DNA from: Nitrospinaceae bacterium
GTDB taxonomy: Bacteria > Nitrospinota > Nitrospinia > Nitrospinales > Nitrospinaceae
Length of the DNA stretch: 64,000 nt
Assembly (NCBI GenBank): GCA_965237905.1
Contig: OZ250172.1
Coordinates: forward strand, 1,888,001-1,952,000
Reading direction: 5' to 3'
The notes beneath the pieces were generated by a model. It did not search any database. It saw nothing but the letters and a program-made list of their open reading frames with translations, and was not told the origin of the DNA. Below, piece after piece: positions 19,920-28,748 of the stretch. Every line of letters starts with the position of its first letter. The first letter of the stretch is position 1. A program made the position numbers and the translations under genes.

Positions 19920-21902
19920 TCACGTCTTGGGTACACCGGTCCCATTGGAAAGAAACTTTTTCACATCCTCCAGGTTTTGCGTCTGTGTGCACTCGGGGAG
20001 TGAATTTAAAAACTGCTTGCCGTAACTGCGTTGGGTCATGCGCGAATCCAGAATTGCCACCACCCCCTTGTCAGTGCGTTTGCGGATGAGGCGGCCAAAT
20101 CCCTGGCGCAGTTGAATGATCGCCCGCGGTACCTGGTAGTGCTTGAATGGATTGAGCGACCGTTTTTTCATATCTTCAATGCGCGCTTCAACCAACGGTT
20201 CTGTCGGCACATCGAACGGTAATTTGGTAATGATGACACTCGACAACGCATCACCGGGAATATCCACCCCCTGCCAGAACGAACTGGTTCCAAAAATGAC
20301 TGAAGGTTTTTCCTTGAAGCGCTGAATCATCCGGCTGGGTGCCAGGTCCCCTTGCTTTAATATTTGATATTGGTGGAGCTTGGGATCAAGAATCTGGTGC
20401 ACACGGTTGAGGATGTCGTAACTGGTAAACAGAACGAACGTTTTTCCACCGGTAGCGTGAATCAGGTCCAACGTCCGATCAGCCAGCGCGGTGACGTACC
20501 TGGCGACATCTTCTCCCGGCTCCGGCATGTCCCGAGGCAGGTACAGCAGAGCCTGGCTGGCGTAATCGAAGGGCGAATCCAGAGTCGTTTCCTCTTTAGG
20601 CGTACACCCAAGACGTTCTTTAATGTGCTCGAAATTGCGGTTGGTGGTTAAGGTGGCGGAGGTCAGGACCGCCCGGTCAACCTTGGAGAACACCTGTTCG
20701 TGCAGTTCTTCATTGATGTTGATGGGCATCCCCCGCAGGGTGGCGCGGGTGAACCTTTTTTTAGGCGTGACCTCCAGCCAGTAGACGTACTCTTTCATGT
20801 TCTGATTCAGCAAAGCGGAGATTGTATTGTTGTATTCAAACACGCGGGTGGCTGCGGCCGAAACCTCCAGTTGCTCCTCTTCCGAAGTTACCCGGTGCTC
20901 AAGGGATTTCAACGCTTCGTGCAAATCCTGTAAAGGAATGAACAGCGTATTGTTCAAAGTGGGCGGACTGTAAAAGCGCAGGGTGCGTTCCTTTCGCCCG
21001 AATTCGTCAAACAGGTTCGCAAAAAATCCTTCCACAGCGATCCGAACCTTGCTTATCTTGTGCCGGATTTCCACCGTCAAGTCCTCACGCATTCGGCCCA
21101 GCGTACCACGTTTCGTTTTGGCGTTGTAGAGACGGTCGAGAAAATAGAACAAGCCAGAGTTGGAAATATCCAGTCCCAGAAAAGAAGTGGCGGCCTCTTC
21201 CAGATTCTGCGCTTCATCGAAAATGACCGCGTCGTAACGGGGAAGCACCGCGCCGCTGTTCGCCACATTGGCAAAGAACAGGTGGTGGTTGACGATCAGG
21301 ATATGCGCCCCGAACCATTTGCGCCGTTCTTTAAAATAAAAACACGAATTGAAGGTTTCGCACTGTTTGCCCATGCACAAATCTTTCTGCCGTCCGACTT
21401 CTTCCCAGACGGAAGGCGAGGGCTCGAACGGCAGATCGTTGCGGAAACCGGATTCCGTAAGGCCGGCCCAATGAAAAATTTTGTTCAGCTGTTCGTCTTC
21501 TGCCACATTGCCGAACAGGCGGGTCTGGCTGGCCCGTTTCATCCGCCGCAGGGACAGGTAGTTTTCGCTTCCCAGACACAGTGAGTATTTGAACGGTAGC
21601 CCCAGCACATCGCGCAGAAAGGGAATGTCCTGATTCACAATCTGTTCCTGCAGGGTTTTGGTGTAGGTCGATATGATGACGCGGGTTTCGTTTTGCAGAG
21701 CCCACAAGACCGCCGGGATCAGATAGGCCAGGCTTTTCCCGGTTCCGGTCCCGGCTTCGACCATCAGGTGATGGCCTTCCTCCAGAGCGGCGGTCACTCC
21801 ACGGGCCATTTCCAGTTGTTGAGGGCGGAATTCAAAAGAGCTCAGTTTTTGCGACAGTACTCCGCCGCTTTCGAAATAAGTTTTGATTTCGGCGACATTC
21901 AT
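19920..21902 (-). CDS. dinG: DinG/YoaA family ATP-dependent helicase
   Basis: EAGTGTGKS, DEAQ, TSATL, FWQGVD, QGFGRLIR. Confidence 0.92.
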   Translation of the reverse strand: MNVAEIKTYFESGGVLSQKLSSFEFRPQQLEMARGVTAALEEGHHLMVEAGTGTGKSLAYLIPAVLWALQNETRVIISTYTKTLQEQIVNQDIPFLRDVLGLPFKYSLCLGSENYLSLRRMKRASQTRLFGNVAEDEQLNKIFHWAGLTESGFRNDLPFEPSPSVWEEVGRQKDLCMGKQCETFNSCFYFKERRKWFGAHILIVNHHLFFANVANSGAVLPRYDAVIFDEAQNLEEAATSFLGLDISNSGLFYFLDRLYNAKTKRGTLGRMREDLTVEIRHKISKVRIAVEGFFANLFDEFGRKERTLRFYSPPTLNNTLFIPLQDLHEALKSLEHRVTSEEEQLEVSAAATRVFEYNNTISALLNQNMKEYVYWLEVTPKKRFTRATLRGMPININEELHEQVFSKVDRAVLTSATLTTNRNFEHIKERLGCTPKEETTLDSPFDYASQALLYLPRDMPEPGEDVARYVTALADRTLDLIHATGGKTFVLFTSYDILNRVHQILDPKLHQYQILKQGDLAPSRMIQRFKEKPSVIFGTSSFWQGVDIPGDALSSVIITKLPFDVPTEPLVEARIEDMKKRSLNPFKHYQVPRAIIQLRQGFGRLIRKRTDKGVVAILDSRMTQRSYGKQFLNSLPECTQTQNLEDVKKFLSNGTGVPKT

Positions 21903-22252
21903 AACCTCGCATGGTATGTGGGATTAAGGGGTGCGTAAAGATATATTTAACTCGCGGACCCGTTGGATGAAAAATTGTTGTTAGTTGTGGACGTCCTTTG
22001 AAATTGGAATCGCTAAGCTTTGCCGACTCCATTGAATAGGCCTTTTGCAGGGTTTTTCAGTTGAAGGCCCCGAATCTTCTATTTAACTCATTGAACTTAT
22101 GGAAGTTAAGCCAATAAAAAAGGGATTTATCGATTGAATTTGCTTTTTTTAAATTGTAAGATTATTGCAGTTGTTTTCAGTGAGATAAGTCCTAAACAAT
22201 CAATATCTTAATACCCACCCCCCAAACCTTTTCATTCGAAGGAGTCTCACCC

Positions 22253-23092
22253 ATGAAAATCCTCTCATCTTTTCTGCTATTGGCGTTCCTTTTCACTTCC
22301 AACGCCTATGCCGCTGATGAAACCTCCCAGCAGGAATTGTTGAAGGACTCCAAGTCCGTGGTGGAAGAAATCATGAACACGCCGGATCTGGGGATTCCTT
22401 CCGGTCTCATGTCCAGGGCGCAAGCGGTCATCATATTTCCCGCCATGTTCAAAGGTGGATTTTTTATCGGTGCCCGGTACGGCAAGGGGGTTGCAACGGT
22501 TAGGAATTCCAAAACCGGCCAATGGGGACCGCCGTCGTTCATTACCACTCTGGGCGGCAGTTTTGGTCTCCAATTCGGAGCTCAGGCGGTGGACCTGATT
22601 TTAATCGTCATGACTGAGAAGGGTATCAAGGGCCTTCTGCACAACAACTTCACCTTGGGTGGAGATATTGCCATCGCAGCCGGTCCGGTGGGCCGCCACG
22701 CTGAGCTGGGTGTCGATATTTTATTGCAGGGTGACATGTATTCGTATTCCCGCAGTAAGGGTCTTTTTGGCGGAGTGTCTTTAAAAGGAACCATTATCAA
22801 GCAAAATGTGGGCTACAACGAGGCGCATTACAATGCAAAACTGACGCCGGAAGAAATCATGATTGATGGCAAGGTTAAAAACGTGCCTGAATCATCCCGG
22901 CAGTTCACCAAATATATGAACCAGATCGCGCCGCCGGAAAAGCCTGAATACGACAAGTCAGAATGGATGGGCTGGACAAATGATCCCAAATACGGTTTTG
23001 CGCCCAAGTATGAACCCAAGGTGATGGCTCAAAACACGCAGGTGGAGCCAGAGCCGGCACGTCAACCGAAGGAAGCGTTGCCGCTCTGGTAA
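22253..23092 (+). CDS. YSC84/SYLF domain secreted protein
   Basis: KGGFFIGARYGKG..GGSFGLQFG..AAGPVGR..YSYSRSKGLFGGVSL. Confidence 0.9.
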   Translation: MKILSSFLLLAFLFTSNAYAADETSQQELLKDSKSVVEEIMNTPDLGIPSGLMSRAQAVIIFPAMFKGGFFIGARYGKGVATVRNSKTGQWGPPSFITTLGGSFGLQFGAQAVDLILIVMTEKGIKGLLHNNFTLGGDIAIAAGPVGRHAELGVDILLQGDMYSYSRSKGLFGGVSLKGTIIKQNVGYNEAHYNAKLTPEEIMIDGKVKNVPESSRQFTKYMNQIAPPEKPEYDKSEWMGWTNDPKYGFAPKYEPKVMAQNTQVEPEPARQPKEALPLW

Positions 23093-23103
23093 GGAGACCT
23101 TTG

Positions 23104-23164
23104 TGTCAGCCTGAGCTTGCCGAAGGGGGACACGGTGTCATACTTCGACAGGCTCAGCATAACA
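23104..23164. repeat. Inverted pair of short palindromic repeats
   Basis: TGTCAGCCTGAGCTTGCCGAAG / CTTCGACAGGCTCAGCATAACA. The reverse complement of 23139-23164 matches 27777-27802 at 25/26 nt. Confidence 0.7.
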
Positions 23165-23196
23165 CCGATTATATGTTCCTGTCCCAAGCACCATAC

Positions 23197-23250
23197 AAAA
23201 ATAGACCGGCCCGTGGAACCGTATCAGGTACCCGGCCCGGTTATTTTTTT
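23197..23250. terminator. Possible bidirectional terminator between convergent genes
   Basis: Imperfect GC stem flanked by an A-tract and a T-tract. Confidence 0.45.
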
Positions 23251-23296
23251 GCGCAAACGCGCGCCTCCGAGGAGCTGTATTTATCTGTTGAGGGGT

Positions 23297-23749
23297 TTAC
23301 GTTAAGCGCATGGCGGTGGTCCACAGCAGGCCCAGCCCGAAGATCAATACGGTGGCGTTGAGACGGACCGACCATCCATGCAGGGATCGGAATTGCGGTT
23401 CCAGAGCTTCGCGGTTTTCCGGTTGCTCCTGCATCTGTTGCTTCAGGACACGCGCCTGCGGGTTGATGATCAGACCCGCATAAAACGTACAGGCCGCCAT
23501 GACGGTGAGAAATATCAGAGGCGGACCTGCCATTCCACGAGGGCTCAGCATCAGCGTGGCGGCGGCCAGAACACTGCAGATGTATCCGATGGCGTAGTAT
23601 TTCGGGAAAATCGCGCCCACCACTTCCCCGGCTTTCTCCCGGTCGAGCAGGCGAAACACGGCCGGCGCGGTGAAGAAGGAGAAGAAAATAATACTTCCCA
23701 TCCACATTACGAGACTGAGTAAATGTATGAAATGGATCAGGGTCTCCAT
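23297..23749 (-). CDS. DUF4149 membrane protein
   Basis: WMGSIIFFSFFTAPAVF..AGEVVGAIFPKY..FRSLHGWSVRLN. Confidence 0.85.
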   Translation of the reverse strand: METLIHFIHLLSLVMWMGSIIFFSFFTAPAVFRLLDREKAGEVVGAIFPKYYAIGYICSVLAAATLMLSPRGMAGPPLIFLTVMAACTFYAGLIINPQARVLKQQMQEQPENREALEPQFRSLHGWSVRLNATVLIFGLGLLWTTAMRLT

Positions 23750-23789
23750 GGCACTTCATCATAACGAAGGATGGCGGGAGGAGGTAGAA

Positions 23790-24530
23790 TTATTTTGCGC
23801 TGGCGAGAGCTTCGGAAATTTCCTGTACGATGCGTTGCGCCGCCGCTTTGGGATCGGCCGCGTCGCGAATGGGACGCCCCACCACCAGATAATCGGCGCC
23901 GGACTGGATGGCCTGCGTGGGAGTAGTTATGCGGCTTTGATCATCCTTCTTTACAGCACTCTCAGAAGGACGGATTCCCGGCGTGACTGTAAGAAACGCT
24001 TCGCCCAGTTGATTGCGTATCATGTGTGCCTCGGTTCCGGAGCAGACCACGCCAGCGCACCCTGCATTTTTAGCCCGCCGGGCATACTCCGCAATCAATT
24101 CAGTAATGTTTATGCCCTCGCGGAAGCCTATTTCTTTCGTCAGGTGTTCCGTTCCTATACTGGTGAGCACGGTGACTCCCAGAATCTGCAAGCCGGAGTC
24201 GCCGGCACCCTGCACCGCGGTTTTTAACATCGCCTCGCCTCCTGCACAATGCACGGTCAGGAAACGGACTTTGTGGGCGGCGGCGGATTGGACGGCTCTT
24301 TCAACGGTGGCGGGGATATCGTGCAGTTTGAGATCGAGAAATATTTCGGCGTCGCTGTGGTCCTTGATGGCGGTGAGAACGGCAGGTCCTTCTTTGATGA
24401 ACAGTTCCAATCCCACTTTAAACATGCCCACGCAACCGTCCAGCTTTTGGACAAAAGAAACCGCCTCATCCACCCCCGGAACGTCCAGGGCGAAGATGAG
24501 GCGGGATTTTGGGTCATTGAGACCAATCAT
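23790..24530 (-). CDS. pyrF: Orotidine-5'-phosphate decarboxylase
   Basis: LIFALD, FKVG, FLDLKLHDIPAT, VTPGIRP, VVGRPI. Confidence 0.97.
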   Translation of the reverse strand: MIGLNDPKSRLIFALDVPGVDEAVSFVQKLDGCVGMFKVGLELFIKEGPAVLTAIKDHSDAEIFLDLKLHDIPATVERAVQSAAAHKVRFLTVHCAGGEAMLKTAVQGAGDSGLQILGVTVLTSIGTEHLTKEIGFREGINITELIAEYARRAKNAGCAGVVCSGTEAHMIRNQLGEAFLTVTPGIRPSESAVKKDDQSRITTPTQAIQSGADYLVVGRPIRDAADPKAAAQRIVQEISEALASAK

Positions 24531-24540
24531 GTATTAATCA

Positions 24541-26358
24541 TCAGAAGTTTCTGAACGAGTAATCGTTAGCATCGACTGCTCCATCGTCCGATGATTCGTC
24601 CGTGGTTTCCTCGGGAGCCGGTTCTTCAACCATCGCTTCGCCACCGGTGTTCGTTTCAAACGAATCCTCGGACGTGCCGATCGGAGTGACTTCCGGATTT
24701 TCCTCCGTGGTGCCCACGGGGGTCACTTCGGGAGATTCCGAACCGTCTGATGATTCTACACCAGATTCCCCGGCGTTTTCAAAGGATTCCTCAGCCGGAG
24801 TTTCTTCTGCAGTTTCCATGGCAGGTTCTTCTACAGGAGTTTCCTCAGCGGTCTCCATGGCAGGTGCTTCCGCAGGAGTTTCCTCGGCAGTGCCAAAAGA
24901 CTCTTCGACAGCCGGGGCTTCCTCTGCAGTCTCCATGGCAGGTTCTTCCGCCGGAGCCTCTTCAGCCGTCTCCATCATGGGTTCTTCAGCTGGAGTTTCC
25001 TCGGCAGTCTCCATGGCGGGTGCCTCCGCAGGAGTCTCTTCTGCAGTCGCGAAAGGATCTATAAAAGGAGTTCCCTCAGCCGGAGCCTCTTCAGCCGTAT
25101 CGAAAGACTCTTCTACAGGAGTTTCCTCGGCAGTCTCCATGGTGGGTTCTTCAACTGGAGTTTCCTCAGCGGTTTCCATAGCAGGTGCTTCCGCAGGAAT
25201 TTCTTCCTGCACGGCATCAAAAGACTCTTCGACCGCAGGAGTTTCCTCCTGAACAGCATCAAAGGACTCTTCTACTGCGGGAGCCTCTTCCTGAACGGCG
25301 TCAAAAGACTCTTCCATCGCAGGAGCTTCCTCCTGAACAGCGTCAAAGGACTCTTCCATCGGAGGAGTTTCTTCTACCGGAGTTTCATCGATAGCTGGTG
25401 TTTCCTCTACAGCGGGCTCGAATGTTTCTTCCGGTGTTTTTTCCAGAGTCATTTGACCGGCGGCTTCCTGCTGTTTTTTCTGACGTTCGAGGTAACCCTT
25501 CAGGTATTTCAGATTGCTGGACGCCTCCTTAAGCCTCGGATCAAACTTCAAAGCCTTCTCATAACTCTCCATGGCTGACTCCAGTTGCTCGGAGTTCTGG
25601 TGCATGGCGCCGATATTATAGTAAGCCGAAGCGAGTCCCGGTTTTTCATTGAGGGCCAGCTCGAAATAACGGATGGCATCGTCATGACGTTCCAGGTAAC
25701 CATAGACCAGACCCATGTTGTAATATTTCACGGTCCGGGAAGGAGCGGAACTCAGGGACTGTTCCAGATTGCCTACCGCGTTCTCATAATCTCCCGTACG
25801 GGCCTGCACTTCGCCCAGGCGATAGGCGGTCAGGTAGTCCGAGGAATTCAAATTGACTGCCTGCTGCAGGGGATCCAACGCGCTTTTATAGTGTTTGAGT
25901 CGGTAATGCGCCTCACCCAGCTTGGCAAAGTATCGGGAGTTGCTTCCATAATTTTGTGTCAGAGATTTCAAAGGCCCGACCATTTGTTTCCAGGAACCCC
26001 GGATTTCATAAATCCGCACCAGGGTCTGGTTCGCCTCTTCATTAGTGGGGTCCAGCTTCAATGCCTTTTTAGCCGTTTTGATAGCACTGCTGTAGTGTCC
26101 GGTATTGGCATAGACCATACTCAAATAACTGAGAGCGCCCACGTGTTTGGGATCCTGCCGCACTGCCTGCTCGAACAATTGTTGCGCTCTCTTGTAATTC
26201 CCGTCCTGCGCTTGCTGGACGCCCTTGTTGTAGGTTCCCGTAGCGTCGGACACCACGTAATCCTTTAATATTAGGGTGCTCAGGTTTACAGCGGTAGCAT
26301 TGCCAACGATGCCCAGGACGAAAAAAATACTTGCGATCCAAGCCAGGGGCCTTTTCAT
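24541..26358 (-). CDS. Secreted TPR protein with long acidic repeat tail
   Basis: Signal peptide, TPR units, then an E/P/A/T-rich tail. The start could be 26358 or 26373. Confidence 0.88.
   Translation of the reverse strand: MKRPLAWIASIFFVLGIVGNATAVNLSTLILKDYVVSDATGTYNKGVQQAQDGNYKRAQQLFEQAVRQDPKHVGALSYLSMVYANTGHYSSAIKTAKKALKLDPTNEEANQTLVRIYEIRGSWKQMVGPLKSLTQNYGSNSRYFAKLGEAHYRLKHYKSALDPLQQAVNLNSSDYLTAYRLGEVQARTGDYENAVGNLEQSLSSAPSRTVKYYNMGLVYGYLERHDDAIRYFELALNEKPGLASAYYNIGAMHQNSEQLESAMESYEKALKFDPRLKEASSNLKYLKGYLERQKKQQEAAGQMTLEKTPEETFEPAVEETPAIDETPVEETPPMEESFDAVQEEAPAMEESFDAVQEEAPAVEESFDAVQEETPAVEESFDAVQEEIPAEAPAMETAEETPVEEPTMETAEETPVEESFDTAEEAPAEGTPFIDPFATAEETPAEAPAMETAEETPAEEPMMETAEEAPAEEPAMETAEEAPAVEESFGTAEETPAEAPAMETAEETPVEEPAMETAEETPAEESFENAGESGVESSDGSESPEVTPVGTTEENPEVTPIGTSEDSFETNTGGEAMVEEPAPEETTDESSDDGAVDANDYSFRNF
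24775..25360 (-). repeat. Coding tandem repeats
   Basis: About 4 units of 14 aa (EESFDAVQEEAPAx) followed by about 11 units of mostly 13 aa (AEETPAEEPAMET). Confidence 0.85.
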
Positions 26359-26519
26359 ACCTCGTCTCCTCATGCAAAAGTATTGGGTAAGATTTTCATA
26401 GAAAGTAAAGTGAATTTAATTAATGATAAATCCCGGCAGAAGGATTGTAAACCCCGACCTCCCCTGATTGACTTTAGTGCGCAAGTTTCAATGGAATTCG
26501 TTTATCTGGGAGGGGATGT

Positions 26520-27074
26520 TTATGGCCTCGAATCCAGTCTTCTGATTTGGTGTAGGATTTTAGCCGTGGCCCCCCAAATATGGTGCTCCAAGTACCAATA
26601 TGCAACCATTTGTTTTTGTGGGGGATAGCCCATTTCCGGGTGGTGGGTGGACAGCAGAGGTAGGAGAGGAGTTTCCAACACTTTTTGCACCTCACTCGGA
26701 TTTTTGCGGTATTGCGGCAGTTTATCGAGAATCGTGATAAAAGGCGCAATATCAAATCCTGTAAGGGTTGTGACAGCTGGAAGTAGACCCAGCACCTGAG
26801 ACGCCGGTATATCCAGGTCCAGCTCTTCCCGGGTTTCGCGCAGAGCCGTGGTCAGCAGGGTGCCGTCCTGTTCCTCAAAGAAGCCGCCGGGAAAGGAGAT
26901 TTCCCCGGCATGCAGGCGCAACTGTTCAGACCGCTGGATCAACAGGACGTGCGGCTGGCGGTGTCGGGTGTAGAGGACGACCAGCACCGCGGAGGATTTC
27001 TTATTTTCCGGCAACGGAGCTTCTGGTAACGGGCACTCGGATCGCAACCGGTCGGCTAGTAAATTGAGATCCAT
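26520..27074 (-). CDS. Nudix hydrolase, CoA pyrophosphatase family
   Basis: LLIQRSEQLRLHAGEISFPGG..ALRETREEL..IWGATA. Confidence 0.9.
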   Translation of the reverse strand: MDLNLLADRLRSECPLPEAPLPENKKSSAVLVVLYTRHRQPHVLLIQRSEQLRLHAGEISFPGGFFEEQDGTLLTTALRETREELDLDIPASQVLGLLPAVTTLTGFDIAPFITILDKLPQYRKNPSEVQKVLETPLLPLLSTHHPEMGYPPQKQMVAYWYLEHHIWGATAKILHQIRRLDSRP

Positions 27075-27125
27075 AATTCGGGTTGTGGTCACAGAGACCT
27101 TTGCGTAACGCAGATAATAAAATAT

Positions 27126-27210
27126 TCCTCCCCTCACCAAGGGGAGGATACAGGTGGGGTTATGACAACTCCACCCCTCACCTTAATCCTCTCCCCATGA
27201 GGGGAGAGGA
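27126..27210. repeat. Pair of short GC hairpin repeats
   Basis: TCCTCCCCT-CACCA-AGGGGAGGA and TCCTCTCCCC-ATGA-GGGGAGAGGA. Confidence 0.65.
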
Positions 27211-27214
27211 GAAA

Positions 27215-27341
27215 TTGAGTCTAGCGTGACGCTGGCCGGGCTAGGCCCGGAGCAAACTAAAATTGCGTCCAATGATTTTCGTTTGCCGTTACCGGTCAGC
27301 CAGCTCCCCCTCCGGGCAGGCCAGCGTCACGCTGGACTCAA
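27215..27341. repeat. REPIN/MITE-like element with 23-bp terminal inverted repeats
   Basis: 27215-27237 is the reverse complement of 27319-27341 with 1 mismatch. Each arm is internally palindromic. Confidence 0.65.
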
Positions 27342-27392
27342 AGTTATCCACTGGCGATTCGCCGGCCCCCAGCCGAAAGCCGGGGTTTAAAA

Positions 27393-27752
27393 TTACCTGC
27401 GGCGGTTCGCCGCCCAGACCTGTTTGTATTCATCTTCATCGAATCCAACGGTGATGCGATCGCCGTCCACCGCAATGGGACGTTTCACCAGCCGCCCGTT
27501 GGAGGCCAGCAGGTCGAGCGCCTGCGCTTCCGTCATCCCCTTCAGCTTGTCTTTGATATTGAGTTCCTTGTATTGCACGCCACTGGTGTTGAACAGTTTT
27601 TTAAGCTCGCGCGACTTGAGCGCTTTTTTCAGCACCGTCTTGGGTGGCGGCGTTTCCGTGATGTCGATGGATTGGTACGTCACCTTTTTGCCGTCCAAAA
27701 ATTTCTGCGCCTTTCTGCAGGTACTGCATTTATTGTATCCGTAAAATTTCAT
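27393..27752 (-). CDS. ArsC/Spx family thioredoxin-fold protein
   Basis: MKFYGYNKCSTCRKA..LFNTSG..LVKRPI..VGF. Confidence 0.9.
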   Translation of the reverse strand: MKFYGYNKCSTCRKAQKFLDGKKVTYQSIDITETPPPKTVLKKALKSRELKKLFNTSGVQYKELNIKDKLKGMTEAQALDLLASNGRLVKRPIAVDGDRITVGFDEDEYKQVWAANRRR

Positions 27753-27776
27753 ATTTTGTTTCTCCTCGTGACAGGC

Positions 27777-27802
27777 TGTCATGCTGAGCCTGTCGAAGTA
27801 TG
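27777..27802. repeat. Copy of the TGTCATGCTGAGCCTGTCGAAG repeat
   Basis: Near-identical to the reverse complement of 23139-23164. Confidence 0.65.
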
Positions 27803-28052
27803 GCAGCCAATCAATGTGTCTGTCAGCAATTTATGATGAGGGCTTAATAATAAGGAAGATCATATCGAAAAACCCCCTCCCGGGACAAATTTTTATAATT
27901 TCGTTGCCGGGAGCTTTGAGAATTGAAACCCAAGCCAGGGTATTGCCAATTTGGACCCATATCGATTATCTTAAAGATGGAATTAATCGCAGAATTTAGC
28001 GGCAAAGCGAATGCGTTTTTCAGCAGACACTTTTAGGTTGAAAATTTGATTG

Positions 28053-28505
28053 ATGGCTCATTACTCAGAAACAGCTGAAGAAATCAAAAAACATTTCAAT
28101 TTCTTATGCTCGGAATTGGGGTGCGCCATTGCAAAAGAAGAAATTGATAACAATGGAGCTTATATTACCTATACCAATGAAGTAGCAGGGCTACGCGTCA
28201 GTTTTGAGAGGTTGGATGGAGGGGTCTTCGTTATGGTTTTCAAGCTTAAAGATCATAAAATTCCCCCATATGAGGGGAGCGGCTGGATGGATATTATTGA
28301 TCTTTTGAATGTCAAAGGAGTGGAATTTGTTGAACCGAATGTAAAGAATTTTGAGAATCCCGAACCAAAAGAATTAAGGAGAGTGTTGACCCACTTTGCG
28401 GATAATGTTCGAATTCATGCGCAAAGTTTTCTTCAAGGAGATTTCAGCATCATTGAAAAAGTTGAAAAAATTATTGAAGAGAGGAGAAAAGAATTAGGGC
28501 ATTAA
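28053..28505 (+). CDS. Hypothetical protein (AT-rich)
   Basis: 150-aa ORF filling the intergenic gap; no family recognised. Confidence 0.65.
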   Translation: MAHYSETAEEIKKHFNFLCSELGCAIAKEEIDNNGAYITYTNEVAGLRVSFERLDGGVFVMVFKLKDHKIPPYEGSGWMDIIDLLNVKGVEFVEPNVKNFENPEPKELRRVLTHFADNVRIHAQSFLQGDFSIIEKVEKIIEERRKELGH

Positions 28506-28605
28506 AAAATGGGTCAGGTCTCTTCTTGGCTGCATATTGGTAACTTTACCCATCAATTCCTGGTTCATCCTGTGATCCTGTCCAAAAATAGATTCTTTTC
28601 ATAAA

Positions 28606-28652
28606 CCACAATATGTAGTGGATTTTAATCAGGTTTACCCCATAAATTGTAT
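28606..28652. promoter_or_regulatory. Tandem NrdR-box-like sites
   Basis: CCACAATATGTAGTGG (28606) and ACCCCATAAATTGTAT (28637) against consensus acaCwAtATaTwGtgt, offset by 31 bp. Confidence 0.6.
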
Positions 28653-28679
28653 AAAAATTACTTTACATCCTTTTCTGGA

Positions 28680-28688
28680 TGTTATAAT
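28680..28688 (+). promoter_or_regulatory. Extended -10 promoter of smc
   Basis: TGTTATAAT about 60 nt upstream of the ATG. Confidence 0.6.
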
Positions 28689-28748
28689 CTGCGAAGAAGT
28701 GTGATTATGCCTTAAACGGTTCTTTTTAAAAGGCCTATTGGAGTTTCA

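Noticed and set aside
24602..25252. Ser-rich 216-aa plus-strand ORF, or CRISPR-like periodicity
   Set aside because: Antisense of the acidic coding repeats. The units are degenerate, in frame and have no unique spacers.
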